Notes under the pieces: model-generated
Databases searched by the model: none
What the model was told of the DNA's origin: nothing
What the model saw: only the letters and a program-made list of their open reading frames with translations
Assembly: GCA_030704615.1 (NCBI GenBank)
Contig: CM060732.1
Coordinates: 34,782,001 to 34,846,000 of the forward strand
DNA from: Takakia lepidozioides
Taxonomy: Eukaryota > Plantae > Bryophyta
DNA: 64,000 nt
Direction: 5' to 3'
Made by a program: the position numbers and the translations under genes
Shown here: piece by piece, positions 13,501-25,873 of the stretch
How positions within the stretch are numbered: position 1 is the stretch's first letter
How the letters are laid out: the number at the start of each line of letters is the position of its first letter

Positions 13501-14514
13501 CTTCATCCAATGATGTCTAAACATGTGTTTTGCGAGTATCATGGGACATGGACATCATGAGCGGACGGATTTGCAATGCTTTGATGTTGGAAACGGAGAC
13601 ATCAGATGTTGGAAATGGGGGGCTATAGTTATGGGTGACGGTTTTAGGTGGGGTGTTGGAATTGGATGAGGTTACCTTAGTAGGGCTTCATCCCCTTGGA
13701 TCCCTCATCCAACAAGCCAGAAACAATCCAATTTAGCCAACGCCCGTGGTGCTGCCACTTGGTCGAACCTAGTCAAAGCCCCTCACAATGACCCTCTCAC
13801 ACACACATGTGAAGAAATTTTACCGGTCCAACAGTGGATCCGCCCCTCCAAACCCAACAGATTTAATCCTTGTAAAATATTATGAAATCTCCTCATATCA
13901 TCCCACATACTCACCATTGGAAATTTGTAGATTCCTTGAATCTGGCCTATTGCAAAAATGGTAAGTGAAGTTTTGGGCTCAGTGCCTATTCTAGTTAACT
14001 CCCCTTAGCAAATGGCACTATAAGGGAAGTACAAGGAGAACAACACGGAAAACTCTGAAAATTTGTGGGAAGGTGGATAATCTGGTAAAAAATGTGGATA
14101 GGCATAGTTTTCGCCCGATAAAAACTGTCGGGATATTTTCTGACTGCATCTAAATCGTTATAATATCTCAAATTCTGGAGTGGATTTCGCTGAAATTTGT
14201 GAGGTGTTGGGGCCAAGTCAGTATCTCAACTTTTACATGGTCAATTGTCATGAATGTTAGGTTTCTAGTAGCTACAAGGCCCTATTATGTAGGTGGAGGT
14301 TCCATTTTGTTTTTCCAATTTTGCAAAAGGATTTCATGCATGACTGACTATGTGCGGGGACAGAAAATGCCACATCATCTCATCGATTATGACTGTCCCA
14401 TATGACTACTTGACCTATGGTCAACATGACTTGGTATTCATCTCTTCAGTGCATGAAAGTCATAAGTGGCATGTATGAAATGTAGTCATAAGAGTAATCG
14501 TAAAAGCTAGGATC

Positions 14515-17500
14515 TGTTGTAGTGATAGGGGGCTTGGGAAATTATGTTGAGTATATATGCATACTCAGTTCGCCACTGAGCATTAGTTACTTACTGATAA
14601 CTAAGCTGGTTTAGTTAGTGCCACGTTGGATTAGTTAATTAGATTCTTGTACTAGTTATCTTCATGGCACGGTGTTTAGGTAGTGCTCTTGAACTTTTGC
14701 AGCTCATTCCTTATGGCTGTAGTCGCAGGCTGTAGTTGCATTGTACAATAGCAAGCAATGTGCTGATTGTTGTAGTGTAATGGAATCACGAAACATACGT
14801 AGGTTAATGACGAAGAAGGTTATCATATGAAAGGTTGGTGAATGCAAATCTATCTGTAGGAGTTGATGTAGCAGAGTCAACAGCAATCAACAGCAATTAT
14901 TAACAAAAGGTTATGAGCCCAAATAGCGTGGTGTTGCGTAGAGAGATTATCAAGGAAGTTAGAAAGTTGCTGTGAGCAAGAACGATGGAGAGAGACCTAG
15001 GAAACATTGGGCGGTTTTCGGGAGAGAATTTTCATCTTTGGAAGTTTCAAATGCAGGCAGTGTGGAGAGGAAGAGATCTGATGACAGTTTGTTGATGGAA
15101 CTGAGACAAGAGATAACACCATCTTGAGAGAAGTTGAGTGGATAAAGAAGGACAACATAGCAGTGAACTTGTTGTGCCAAGCAATAGATAGGAAGTTGTT
15201 GAATCCTTTGCTAAGTTGCGAGATATCTGCTATAGAGGAAGCTTATTACAATACACGAACAGAGGGCTACAGAGAATGTTCATCACTTACAGAAGAAATT
15301 TTATGAGTGCAGAATGACAGACGGAAAGGATGTAACTACTTACATTGGAGAGATAGAGCTAATTATTCGTCAGTTACGTGATATTGATAATGCTTTTAAC
15401 GATGGATCTATAATGACTAAGATGGTGAGCAATCTACCTGATGACTACGATCAACTTATGACCGCATGGGACAGTGTTCCCGAGGAGAGCAAGACGTTGG
15501 AGCAATTGACCCTGAGATTGCTCAAAGAGGAAGCAAAGATCAAGAAGCGTCAAAATCAAGAAGAGGCTGCAAATACTAAAGCATTTTTTGTGAACAAATG
15601 CAAGAATCAGTATCCAAGTCGAGGCACACACAGTATGAGTTCTGTATACCATGGTGGAGGTGCTAACAGTGGGAAGGAATGACCTGAAAAAATGGATCAA
15701 GGAAGAAAAGTTTTCATTGCAGACGTGCAAGATCATGAGTCGGCTTTAGTCACCCGGGCATTCATGGCAAGTTTCACAGAGATTGCATCTTCAAGCGGAA
15801 ACGTGGTGGCCGACGATGTGGCCAATGATGATACATTGTGGTATGCAGATAGCGGAGCATCTCAACACATGACCGATAACAGACATTGGTTTAAGAACTT
15901 CAAGGCCATTCCTGTTGGCAAAATGCCAGTACAAGCCATAGGAAACCACATAGTGTGGGTGACTGGATGCGGAGATATTGACTTATTAACTCTTTGTCAA
16001 TGGACAGTGGGAGCTTGCTTTACTGCAGGATGTTCTCTATGTACCGGGCCTTAAGATAAAATTTGTTATCTATAGCGAGAATCGCTGCAAAGGATGTTAT
16101 TACGACATACAGCAAACACAGCAGTAAAATCATGTGGAGTGGGAAGACAGTCGTTATGGAGGGAATTCTCAAGGATATGATGTTTGAGTTAAAGATTCAA
16201 GTGCTGATACCCGTGATAAAAGCAAATTTTGCTGCCTCTCTTGGGACAAGTTCAACCATCGATGGACGTCAAAGCCTATATCTATGGCATTGCAGGCTGG
16301 GACATATTAACCCAGCTATGATTCAAAAGATGGAGACCATAGGCATGGTTGAAGGATTGAAGATCATCGGTGATACAACACCTGCTGAAGTATGCAAGGG
16401 TTGTGTCTATGGCAAGAATCACAGAAAAAGTTTTCCTAAGAACGCTGACAAGGAGAAAGATACCATGCCAGGCCAACTCATACACACAGATGTGTGTGGT
16501 CCGATGAATGTAACTTCAGATAGAGGAGCTCGGTACTATGTTTTGTTTACTGCATAAAGCGGAAGTCAAAGGTCTTAAGTTGTTTCAAGGACATGGTCCA
16601 GAAAGTACGCTGAGACATTCCACATCGCATTCGCACTCTTAGGAGCGACCGAGGTGGCGAATACATGAGCAATGATTTCCAAGACTTTCTAAGACAAGAA
16701 AACATTCGATATGAAATGACCGTTGCCTACAAACCTGAACAAAATGGAGCGGCGGAGAAAGACAATCGTACCATTGTCAAAAGTATTCGCAGTATGCTCC
16801 ATCACATAAATGTTCCTCTGAAATTTTGGGGTGAAGCCACTCACACGACTGTTTACATACTTAACAGGACCAGATCTCGAATGCTTGAAGGCAAAACACC
16901 TTTTGAAGCTTGGACAGAGATAAAACCATCAGTGGAACACATGAAGGTGTTCGGTTGTGATGCATACATTCACATTCCAAAAGCACTTCGTAAGAAGCTT
17001 GATGCTAAGAGCGAGAGATGACTCTTTCTTGGATATTCTGATGAGAGCAAGGCTTATCGATCATGTCTGGGATACTGCAAGAAATCGAGTTGTTATTGTT
17101 CGAGATGTTATTTTTGACGAATCTTCTCCTCACGCGCCACAAGGTCAAGAAAATGTGAATTCTGCTGACATCATCCAACTGTAGGAACAGTTATCCCTAC
17201 TCATACTGATGATCTTGTAGGACCACAATCACCAGAGTTGATTATAGATTTACACAATATTGCCCCTGAAGAGGATGTTGAGATTCCTCAACAAGTTACA
17301 GTGACTACTGAGGACATAGTCATTGAGCCCGAGAACTTACCTGGACGCCGACAACCACTTGAGGACATAGCCATTGAGCCTGACATCTTATTTCGACGCA
17401 TACAACCACATAAACAATATGGTGAATGAATTTACCCTGCACATGCATGCTCTGCTAAGGCAATTGAGCTACCAGAAGCTCCAAAGACATTTCATCAGGC

Positions 17501-17544
17501 TATGCACTCTGAACATGCTGACAAATGGATGGCTGCTATTATCA
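14515..17544 (+). mobile_element. Ty1/Copia LTR retrotransposon, 3'-truncated (5' LTR, PBS, gag, protease, integrase, pre-RT region)
   Basis: Putative LTR TGTTG...TAACA at 14515-14905. Gag/UBN2-like 15124-15682, protease WYADSGASQHMT, LWHCRLGH, integrase IHTDVCGP and PEQNGAAEKDNRT, and pre-RT motif PKTFHQAM..KWMAA ending at ~17540. Multiple frameshifts. Confidence 0.93.
14909..14921 (+). promoter_or_regulatory. Copia primer-binding site, half-tRNA-iMet type
   Basis: GGTTATGAGCCCA lies 3 nt after the LTR end and is complementary to the anticodon-stem region of initiator tRNA-Met. Confidence 0.75.
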
Positions 17545-20500
17545 AGTCAAGGACGAGAACATGACTGAACACAAACAAGAGATCAGACTAGACGTAGAAG
17601 ACTAGACAAGAAGTCAAGGTCGGCGTGGCCGAATGCATGATGGATAAATATGAATCAAGATGATCTATATAACAATGGAGTACATGATAAATCCGGCGAA
17701 TGGTAATTGCCAAGTATTCGGCTCTTCGTTCTTGACTCAAATGATTTATAGGTCTCTGCAACCATCGATAGTGTCCAACACCTTAAACTTGGGACCACAC
17801 AATGATTTGAACATTCTGATTTTCGAAACTGCCGATGAGGGGTTGGTACGGAAACTCTCTCTGAAATATTCGATGGATGATACAACTCCAATAATGAAAC
17901 ATGAAAGATTGGATGGATGTGCATATTTCGTGGGAGTTCAAGTCGACTGACCAGATTTATTTGTCGAATAATTTTGAATGGTCTCAGGTGTTGATAATCC
18001 AACTTCCTTGATGGTCGCGAGGTTTGTATGTCCCGTCAAAGAAGCCGTACACAATCTCCGACCGTGAACTGGGGTTGAAGTTGTCGATGTTGATGTGCAT
18101 ACTCCTTGAATTGTTTTTGAGCTTCTGCTAGGTGGATGGAAGCTCCTTGTGAATCGTAGCAAGATGAAGAGCAAGGTTTTCTACAGCAGGGCTTCCAACA
18201 GTCTTCATGTGGAAAGGGTTTGCTCGAGGATTATGACCATAATTGGAGAAAAATGGAGTTTGTTTGGTAGAAGAATGTATAGTGTTGTTGTAGGCAAACT
18301 CAGCCAATGACAGAATGTCCATCCAATTATCTTGGTGATAATTTATCGTATAGCAAAGATACTGCTCCAAAATCTGGTTTACGCGACCATCAATCTGTGG
18401 ATGATTAGCTGTAGAGAGGTTGATCTTACTATCCAATATGTGAAATAATCCCCTCTAGAAATTTGATATGAACTGTGGTCCTCGATCAGATACGATGTCT
18501 TTTGAGAGTCCATGAATGCGGTAGATATTATTGAGGAAGAGTTTTGCAATTTCCTCGCCTGTAACCGTCTTATTACATGGAATGAAATGTGTCATCTTTG
18601 TAAATTGATCTACAATAACAAGGATTGAATCGGTGGTCTTGGAAATTGGAAGGTCCGTAATAAAGTCCATAGACACGGACGACCATAGACCCTTGGGAAT
18701 GGGTAACGGTTGAAGAAGGTCATAAGGTCGATGTCGTGGTCCCTTCGCTCTAGCACACGTGTCGCAAGATTTTATAAATTCTTTCACGAGTTTCTACATC
18801 TGCGGCCACCAATAGTCCCTGGATATCAATTCTATTGTTTTGTTGAAGCCGATATGTCCTGCAGCCGGAAGATCATGATATGTTTGAAGAATTCGAAGTC
18901 GTGTAGGTCTTGGAGGTACATTAAAAAGTCCCTTGAAATAAAGTAAGTCATTTTTTAATTCGAAGTCGTTTGTTACATATAGATTGTCTCGAGGTTAATT
19001 TAGTTGACTTCGCAGTGTCGTAGCAAATTGGTCGCTCTTCAGTGCTTCCCGAATCTTCTTCATGATCTCTGCATCGTCATAGGTGGACATGGATAACATA
19101 TTCAATTGGAGATTTGCTGGTTTTAATATGATGGATTTCTGTTGGTTGAAAGCTGCCTCCTTTTTTTATTACCTATCGCCCCGGACATCTTCAAGGGAAA
19201 CCCGATGCTCTTTCTCGACGATCGTATCTTGCGCCAAAATCAAATATTGCTAGTGACATACCCCATCTTGCTTGACGTCGATTCAAAACACGAGCACTTA
19301 TAAAATATTCGATGTTTTTGTGATCAGTGTAGACATTGACCTAATGTTTAGCTCATTCCAATAGATGACGCCACTCCTCAAAAACATCGATGATCGCTAG
19401 AAATTCTTTGTCATAGATTTTACAATTGATCTCCACAGCGAAAAATTTGCGAGAACGAAAACCAACAGGGTGAAGTCGGCCATCCGTACTGTTTTGAGAG
19501 AGTATAGCGCCAAGTGCAAAGTCCGATGCATTTGCTTCCAAAAAGAATGGTTTAGATGGGTCTGCATGTACCACTATTGGAGCCGTTGTAAATGTCTTCT
19601 TCAGCCTTTCAAATGTTTGGTCAGCCTTCTCGTCCCATACAAATTTGTCATTTCTTGTGAGTCGTGTCAATGGTGCAGCAATTTTGGAATAGTCATTGAT
19701 GAAAATTCTATAGAAATTTGAAAATCCCAGAAAACATTGTACATCTCATACTGAAATTGGTTTAATCCACTCGATGATGGTTTGTATTTTTTTCTGATCC
19801 ATAAAGACGTCTTTGTCGGAATAATGTAGCCAATAAATTCGACCTCAGATTGATGAAAAAGACATTTTTCCAACTTGGCATATAGTCCTCTTTCTCTTAA
19901 TTTATCAAGGACAAAGCGTACATGGCGACCATGTTCTTCTTCATTCTGTGAAAATATCAAAATGTCGTCCAAATAGATGATTACAAAGTCATCTAAAAAT
20001 TCTCGAAAGATGTCATTCATCATATGTTGGAAAATTACTGGAGCATTTGTAAGAGCAAAAGGCATAACATTGTATTCAAAATATCCATACCTTGTTCGAA
20101 AAGCTGTTTTCCATTTGTCTCTTTCTTTTATCCGTACAAGGTTATAAACTCCTCTAAAGTCAAATTTGGTGAAAATCTTCGCTCGTCCCAGCTGGTCGAG
20201 AAGCCCAGAAATCAGCGATAACGGATAACAATTCTTAATTGTGACTTTGTTGAGACCGCGATAGTCTACCACAGGCGTAATGATCCGTCCTTCTTTTTCA
20301 CAAACAAGATAGACGCCTCTGCAGGTGATTTTGAATGTCGGATGAAGTTCTTCGATAAAATTTCCAATGTACTCACGTAATGCAGCCAACTCTGTTTGGG
20401 ATAATTTATAGATTGGGCCGAATGGTGGTTGGGCTTTTTCTTGTAACTCAATTGCACAGTCATAAGGTCGATGTTCTGGCAATATGTTTGCATTTTTGTT

Positions 20501-22755
20501 CTCGAAGACATCCTTGAAATCTTGATATTGAGTGGGTAATGTTGAAGTATCTTTGTCTGTTGTGGTCTTGATCGGAGTCGCATAAAGTACAAATGCCGCA
20601 TCTTTTTTTATAGCTCTCATAAAAGCTCTAGCTCCAATGAACAGGGGTTGAATACCTTTGATATTTCTACATTTTTGTCTTGCAGAAATTTTTCGCGATC
20701 GTCAGTCGATGTAATGATTGTGAAGTACGAACCAAGGAAGTTCAAGGATCACAAGATTTGTTGGAGACCGGATGACGTTGAAAACAATATGTGATGTTTG
20801 ATCTTCAAGCTTCACTTAAAGTGGTTGAGTTTCATGGTCAACATTTCCTGATGCTAACGGTCGTTCATCGATGACTTCAATGGGGGCCGAGAATTTCTTC
20901 TTTACGAGCGTTAAATTGTGTTGCTTCGCAAAGTTTTTGTCAATAAAACATGTTGAAGCCCCTGAGTCCAAAAGTACTTCTACAAAGATATCTTGATTTT
21001 GCACTCTGATTTATACTGGAACTGTGAAGCAAGGTGCAGGGTCTAGAGGTAGAAAAAGATTTTTTTTTTTTTAAGGAATTTGTGGTGTCTAGCCGCATGG
21101 TCCATACTGTGACTGGACATCTTCGTTTTCCGAGATCCTCGTATTGAACACTTGAGTTGCGCCCTGAGCTTTGAATCTTCTCTTGTTGGGCAGTTTAATG
21201 TTATGTGATCTTCTTCTCCGCAATAGAGGCATAATCCGTTCGAGCGCCGTCTTTATTTTACTTGTGGCGTCAATGGCTTGAATCGGACAGCATCAATCTG
21301 CGTAGGATCACTACCGGATGTCTGATGGATCATTGTATTTGGTGTCGTAGTAGCAGCGGCATGATACGTCGTCGACCATCCAGATCGCTTTTCTTGACGT
21401 CTTTCGAACAAACGATTATCGCATGCAATGACTTGGGTGATGAATTCGCTCAGTGTGCTCACGTTTGGCATTGTCAGCAACAAATCTTTTACATCATCTT
21501 TTAGCCCACATCGAAACTGACTAATGAGGCTCTTCTCATTCTAGTCGAGGTCGCACGCAAGTTGTCGAAATTCGGCAGCATAAACAGAAGCAAGACGTGC
21601 TCCTTGTCGAAGATTTTGCATCTTTGTCTTTGCAACTCTCTCTCTATCATTCTTTTCAAACGTTGCAGTGAACTCGGACATGAATGCTTCAAAATTGTAT
21701 AGTAAATACGATTTTTTTTTTAATAGCGGTGCAAACCAAGATAGGGCAATGTCTGATAGAAGGATGCCCATGAATCCCACTTGAATACCTTCATCGGGGT
21801 AGCGTAAATGATGTAATCGTAGGAACAGTCGTATTTGTTGAACAAAACCGCGATATCTTGATCTCGTCCCATCAAATTTCTCAGACATGCTGATCTTTGA
21901 TTCTCTCATAATATGTTGAACAAGAACCGTTGCAGTACGAGCTGTTGCAATAGAGACTCGTATGGTTGAAGATCCATTGTTCGACTCATTTATCTCTGAA
22001 ATTTGTTGTTGCAAATTGTGGAGAGCATTGTCAAGATCTTGAGACTGATCAGCTTGTAATTGGGTGATAGAGGTATGAAATTCTTGCATCTGGAGCTGAA
22101 GACTCTGCAATGTGGCGACCATTTCCGCAAATGTGCCTTTCATCTTAACTAACTAAGAAACAAACTTTAGCCTCGCCAAACTGTCAAGGACGAGAACATG
22201 ACTAAACACAAACAATAGATCAGACTAGAGGTGCAAGACTAAACAAGAAGTCAAGGTCGGTGTGACCGAATGCATGATGGGTAAACATGAATCAAGATGA
22301 TCCATATAACAATGGATGTCCAAGAGTACATGATACTGGAACTCGACTTGAATATTGGAAGCTGAACTGGAGTACTGGGACTAGAAACAAGAGTAGCTTG
22401 AACTTGTGTTGGCGAGACTTAAGAATATCCAGTCTCACCTCCTATATATACTGGTTACTAGGAAGTTATCTAAGAAGCTTCCCCAATGGAGGTTTCTTGA
22501 TGGAGAAGTTTCCTTAAACAAATGAGGTATTTTGATAGAGAAGTTTCATCCAAATGAAGCTTCCTAAGCAGTTTCCCAAGCTACTCTCGATAATTTGGTA
22601 AACTCCCAGTAACTTGATAACTAATGGTAACTTACGGTAACTTATGATAAATTATGGTAGATCATGGTACATCACAGTAATTCATGATAACTTCCGGTAA
22701 CATGGTAACATGGTAACGGAAAAAAATGTGGCACAACCGAACCAGACATGTCACA
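17545..22755 (-). mobile_element. Ty3/Gypsy LTR retrotransposon (chromovirus/Tcn1-like), degenerate
   Basis: 5' LTR 22182-22755 (TG..CA) and a partial 3' LTR 17545-~17688 matching it. Gag 21541-22143 (EKFDGTRS, LRQG), CCHC knuckle ~21190-21235, protease LLDSGAS, RT (DYRGLN, YLDDILIF), RNase H (ANASDFALGAIL), integrase (SVSMDFITDLP, VSDRGPQF). The Tcn1 label is an inference. Confidence 0.93.
22182..22755 (-). repeat. 5' LTR of the Gypsy element (574 bp)
   Basis: On the + strand it begins tgtcaaggacgagaacatg and ends gacatgtcaca. Its first ~140 bp recur at 17545. Confidence 0.85.
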
Positions 22756-23677
22756 GCTTGTCTTGCTTAAGTCACACCAGAATAGTCAACGGTATGAAAC
22801 CTAAGGTTGACCCCTACATATTTTCCGAGTTGGCACCCTGATAAAAAAAACAACCAACACCGCATGGCATGCCTTGATTCGTCCAGGTTCTCAAATGTCT
22901 GACCTGTGCAGCCACTCTGGCGGTGTGTAGCCACTCGGGCGGACGTAGAGCATTGTTCCAAGGGTTGCGGGGGCGTTCAACCGGGACGTAAGTATGATCA
23001 GAGGATGTGCGGGAAATCATCTGCAGAAAGCTGCAAGAGTCTGGCATGTGTAGGTTTGTCTTCGAGGTCTTTGAGTGAAAGTTTTTCAACCGAATCACGC
23101 TTTCAAGGACTCTTGTATTTCGTGTGTGCAGTCTTGTACGTGTTTGATACCGGAGTGCTAGGGTTTTGGGTTTCTTGGTGGACAGCAGGTCAGCCGAGAG
23201 CGCCTATGGAGGGAATGGCACCTTTCAAGAAGAAGTGGAGAAATAAGGGTGCGACCCAGGGTTAAAGAAGAAGATGAAGATTCCGCATATTAGCCCACGT
23301 TACAGGACCTTACGATCCCCCACGATTGCGGGACCTACGGCGCCAAAACTGGTGCACGGCGCTCACATTTTCCGAAATGGATTCAAGCCTGACGTTTTGC
23401 TGCCCAACACCCTTGTGAACGTGAGAGAAGACTTGCCTTCCTTCCTGGTCATTTTCAGAGACTACTCTACAATCTCCAGACTGCAAATTACATAAGCTGG
23501 GTTAGCATCTATGTAAGTCTGGACATGTTCGTTATTCATTATCGTGTAGAGCCCAATGGAGCCCAAAACAACTTGCATGAATGTTGTTGAAAGCTCACTA
23601 GCACCCCTCAGGACCTTGTCAAAATGTTGATGCTGTCGAATTTTCGAGCACAAACCTCGGAGCAGACCTCGGAGCAC

Positions 23678-23803
23678 GGAGCAGACCTGGCATGAGTTTT
23701 TTAAAGCTCCTTCACGATGGTGGGACAACCGCGGAGTACGGAGCAGACCTGACATGAGTTTTTTAAAGATCCTTCACGATGGAGGGACAACTGCAATCGC
23801 AAG
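23678..23803 (+). pseudogene. Two tandem OSB-like PDF-motif fragments (W.EFF..P..WWDNR)
   Basis: Translates TEQTWHEFFKAPSRWWDNR, then a second copy QT*HEFFKDPSRWRDNCNRK followed by a GT donor. Confidence 0.65.
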
Positions 23804-24239
23804 GTGTGGCTTTTTCTTAATGTACGAGGTGAAGAAGTTCGTCCATCCTGCGCATGTGGGCTCTTGGCTCCTGTTAGTACCATGATTTGGTATTCTTCCT
23901 GATGTTTACAAGGTTCTTGGGAGATTCAGCTTGGTCTTAGCAGGCCGTGTTTAATCTCGGCCCGCTCAGCTGCCCCGTGGTGGTTCTCACAGACCAATCC
24001 GACATTACCTGATGACTACAGACACAAGCAGCATACACAAGGGGTCCTCTTGGGTTCATGGTCAGTCAAATCCTCCATGGGCCATGACACAAGGTCGAGG
24101 ATAATGTGGTGAGGGCACCTTCTTCTTCAACCTATTTCAGCCTGTTTTCCCTCTCATCAGACTCGGCCCTGACATGCATATTGAATTCTGTAAGTTAGCT
24201 CGTTGGCTTCTGAAAGAGCTTCAAGAGAAGGAGTCCATA

Positions 24240-24915
24240 ATGCTCTTCTGGCTCTTCTAGGCATGTGAAGATGCTTTGTGAGGTAGGCAGACTGAAAGAG
24301 GCTCTACAGACTTTAAGCAAAGAGCATTTCAGCAGATTCAGATATGTATGTACGTCTCTTGCTTCAGTACATCAAGATGAAAGGTCTGGAAGCTGGAAAG
24401 CAGGTGCACACCCACATTATCCAAGTTGGATTCATGATGCCAAGTGTTTTCCCCCTCAACACCCTTGTCAACATGTATGGTAAGTGTGGGAGCATCATGC
24501 ATGCTCACCAAGTGTTCAACGGAATGCCTCAACGATCTTTGATCACGTGGAATACAATGTTGGCAGGATTTACCAAGCATGGGTATGGTAGGAATGCTTG
24601 GAGACATATGATCAAATGTTGCGCGAAGGGGTGAAGCCCAACCACATCACATTTGTTTGTGTTTGAAATGTGTGCGCAAGCCTAGGAGCCTTGTAAAAGG
24701 GGAAAGAGGTCCATGGCGACATCTTCAGAGCTGGAATTGTACCAATGTCATTCTGAACAGTACCCTGGTGGACATGTATGCAAAATGTGGGTGCATCGAG
24801 GATGCAAAGGGAGTGTTCAACACTATGGCTGAATGAGATGTGGTGTTGTGGAGTGCGATGCTTGCAGGGTATACACATCAGGGACGTGGATGGAGGCTTT
24901 GGAGACCTATGATCC
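24240..24915 (+). pseudogene. PLS-class PPR pseudogene, N-terminal repeats
   Basis: [50 protein letters not shown], with stops and frameshifts. It is a close paralogue of 54082-55002. A further small PPR fragment lies at ~23350-23420. Confidence 0.9.
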
Positions 24916-25873
24916 GGGGCTCATGTGGTCATGCCCTAACTATGCATTACCTTGTTTTTACCAGACTCACAAGACACAAAGGAAGGAGAGCAGCAGAAGG
25001 GAGACATAGGAGACTGTGGTGACGTCGATTTCGTAAGCATGCCCAGGGTTGCCGATCCTACCAAATTGTGGTACTTGTTCGACAAGAATTCACTTCTGTT
25101 ACCTACTTGTCATGTAGTGTTTGTCCCAGCAGGTTGGTGATGTGGACGCTCTGAAGCCCCTCTTCCACAGTACTGGACAGCCCTCCAGTTGTGGTTTTTG
25201 TGCTTGTCCTTGGCGCCAATGCCGGCTCTGCTGCTTCGAACGACCTTTAGTCAGCGGAGTAGTGTGTTGGCTGATAAAGTGCAGCAATTCCAACAGGCGG
25301 CAAATCCCATTTTGTGTTGTTAAGGTAGTATCTGATTTGTATGTGTACCGTAGTTAAGCATGTTGAGGCAAATGCATTTTGACTTGTAGGCACCTGGATT
25401 CTCAAAGTATATCTTCATGCTATTGCGGAACTCGATGCTGTTGGCTTCCAAAACTTTAACATGTCAATGATAAATCATTTTGGAAACCCTTTGGTCTTTT
25501 GTTCATGTCATGTATGCTGCTTCTATCATGTGCAGGGTCTATGTATGTATGGATTTGTTGGTTTGCAGTATGTTCCTGTGCCCATTTCCTCTCTGTAGAC
25601 AATGTCACTGCCATGAGAGACCGTTCACATGGCGAAGTCCACTGCCACAGTGAAGAATTCCACACCCTGAACTGTGACATTTCCCACACACAGGTGGAAA
25701 CATCCACAGTGGCGTCATGTGACCACGACCACCCCCACAACCCACCCCCGACCACGTGTCCCCTCCTCATTCTTGCACGCGTGGCAATCCTGTCATTCTA
25801 GACTCACACGTGTCGCCACCTCTTTTTTCCACGTGTCTCCCTTACAAAGCCATGCCAATTTCTACGTGTCATT

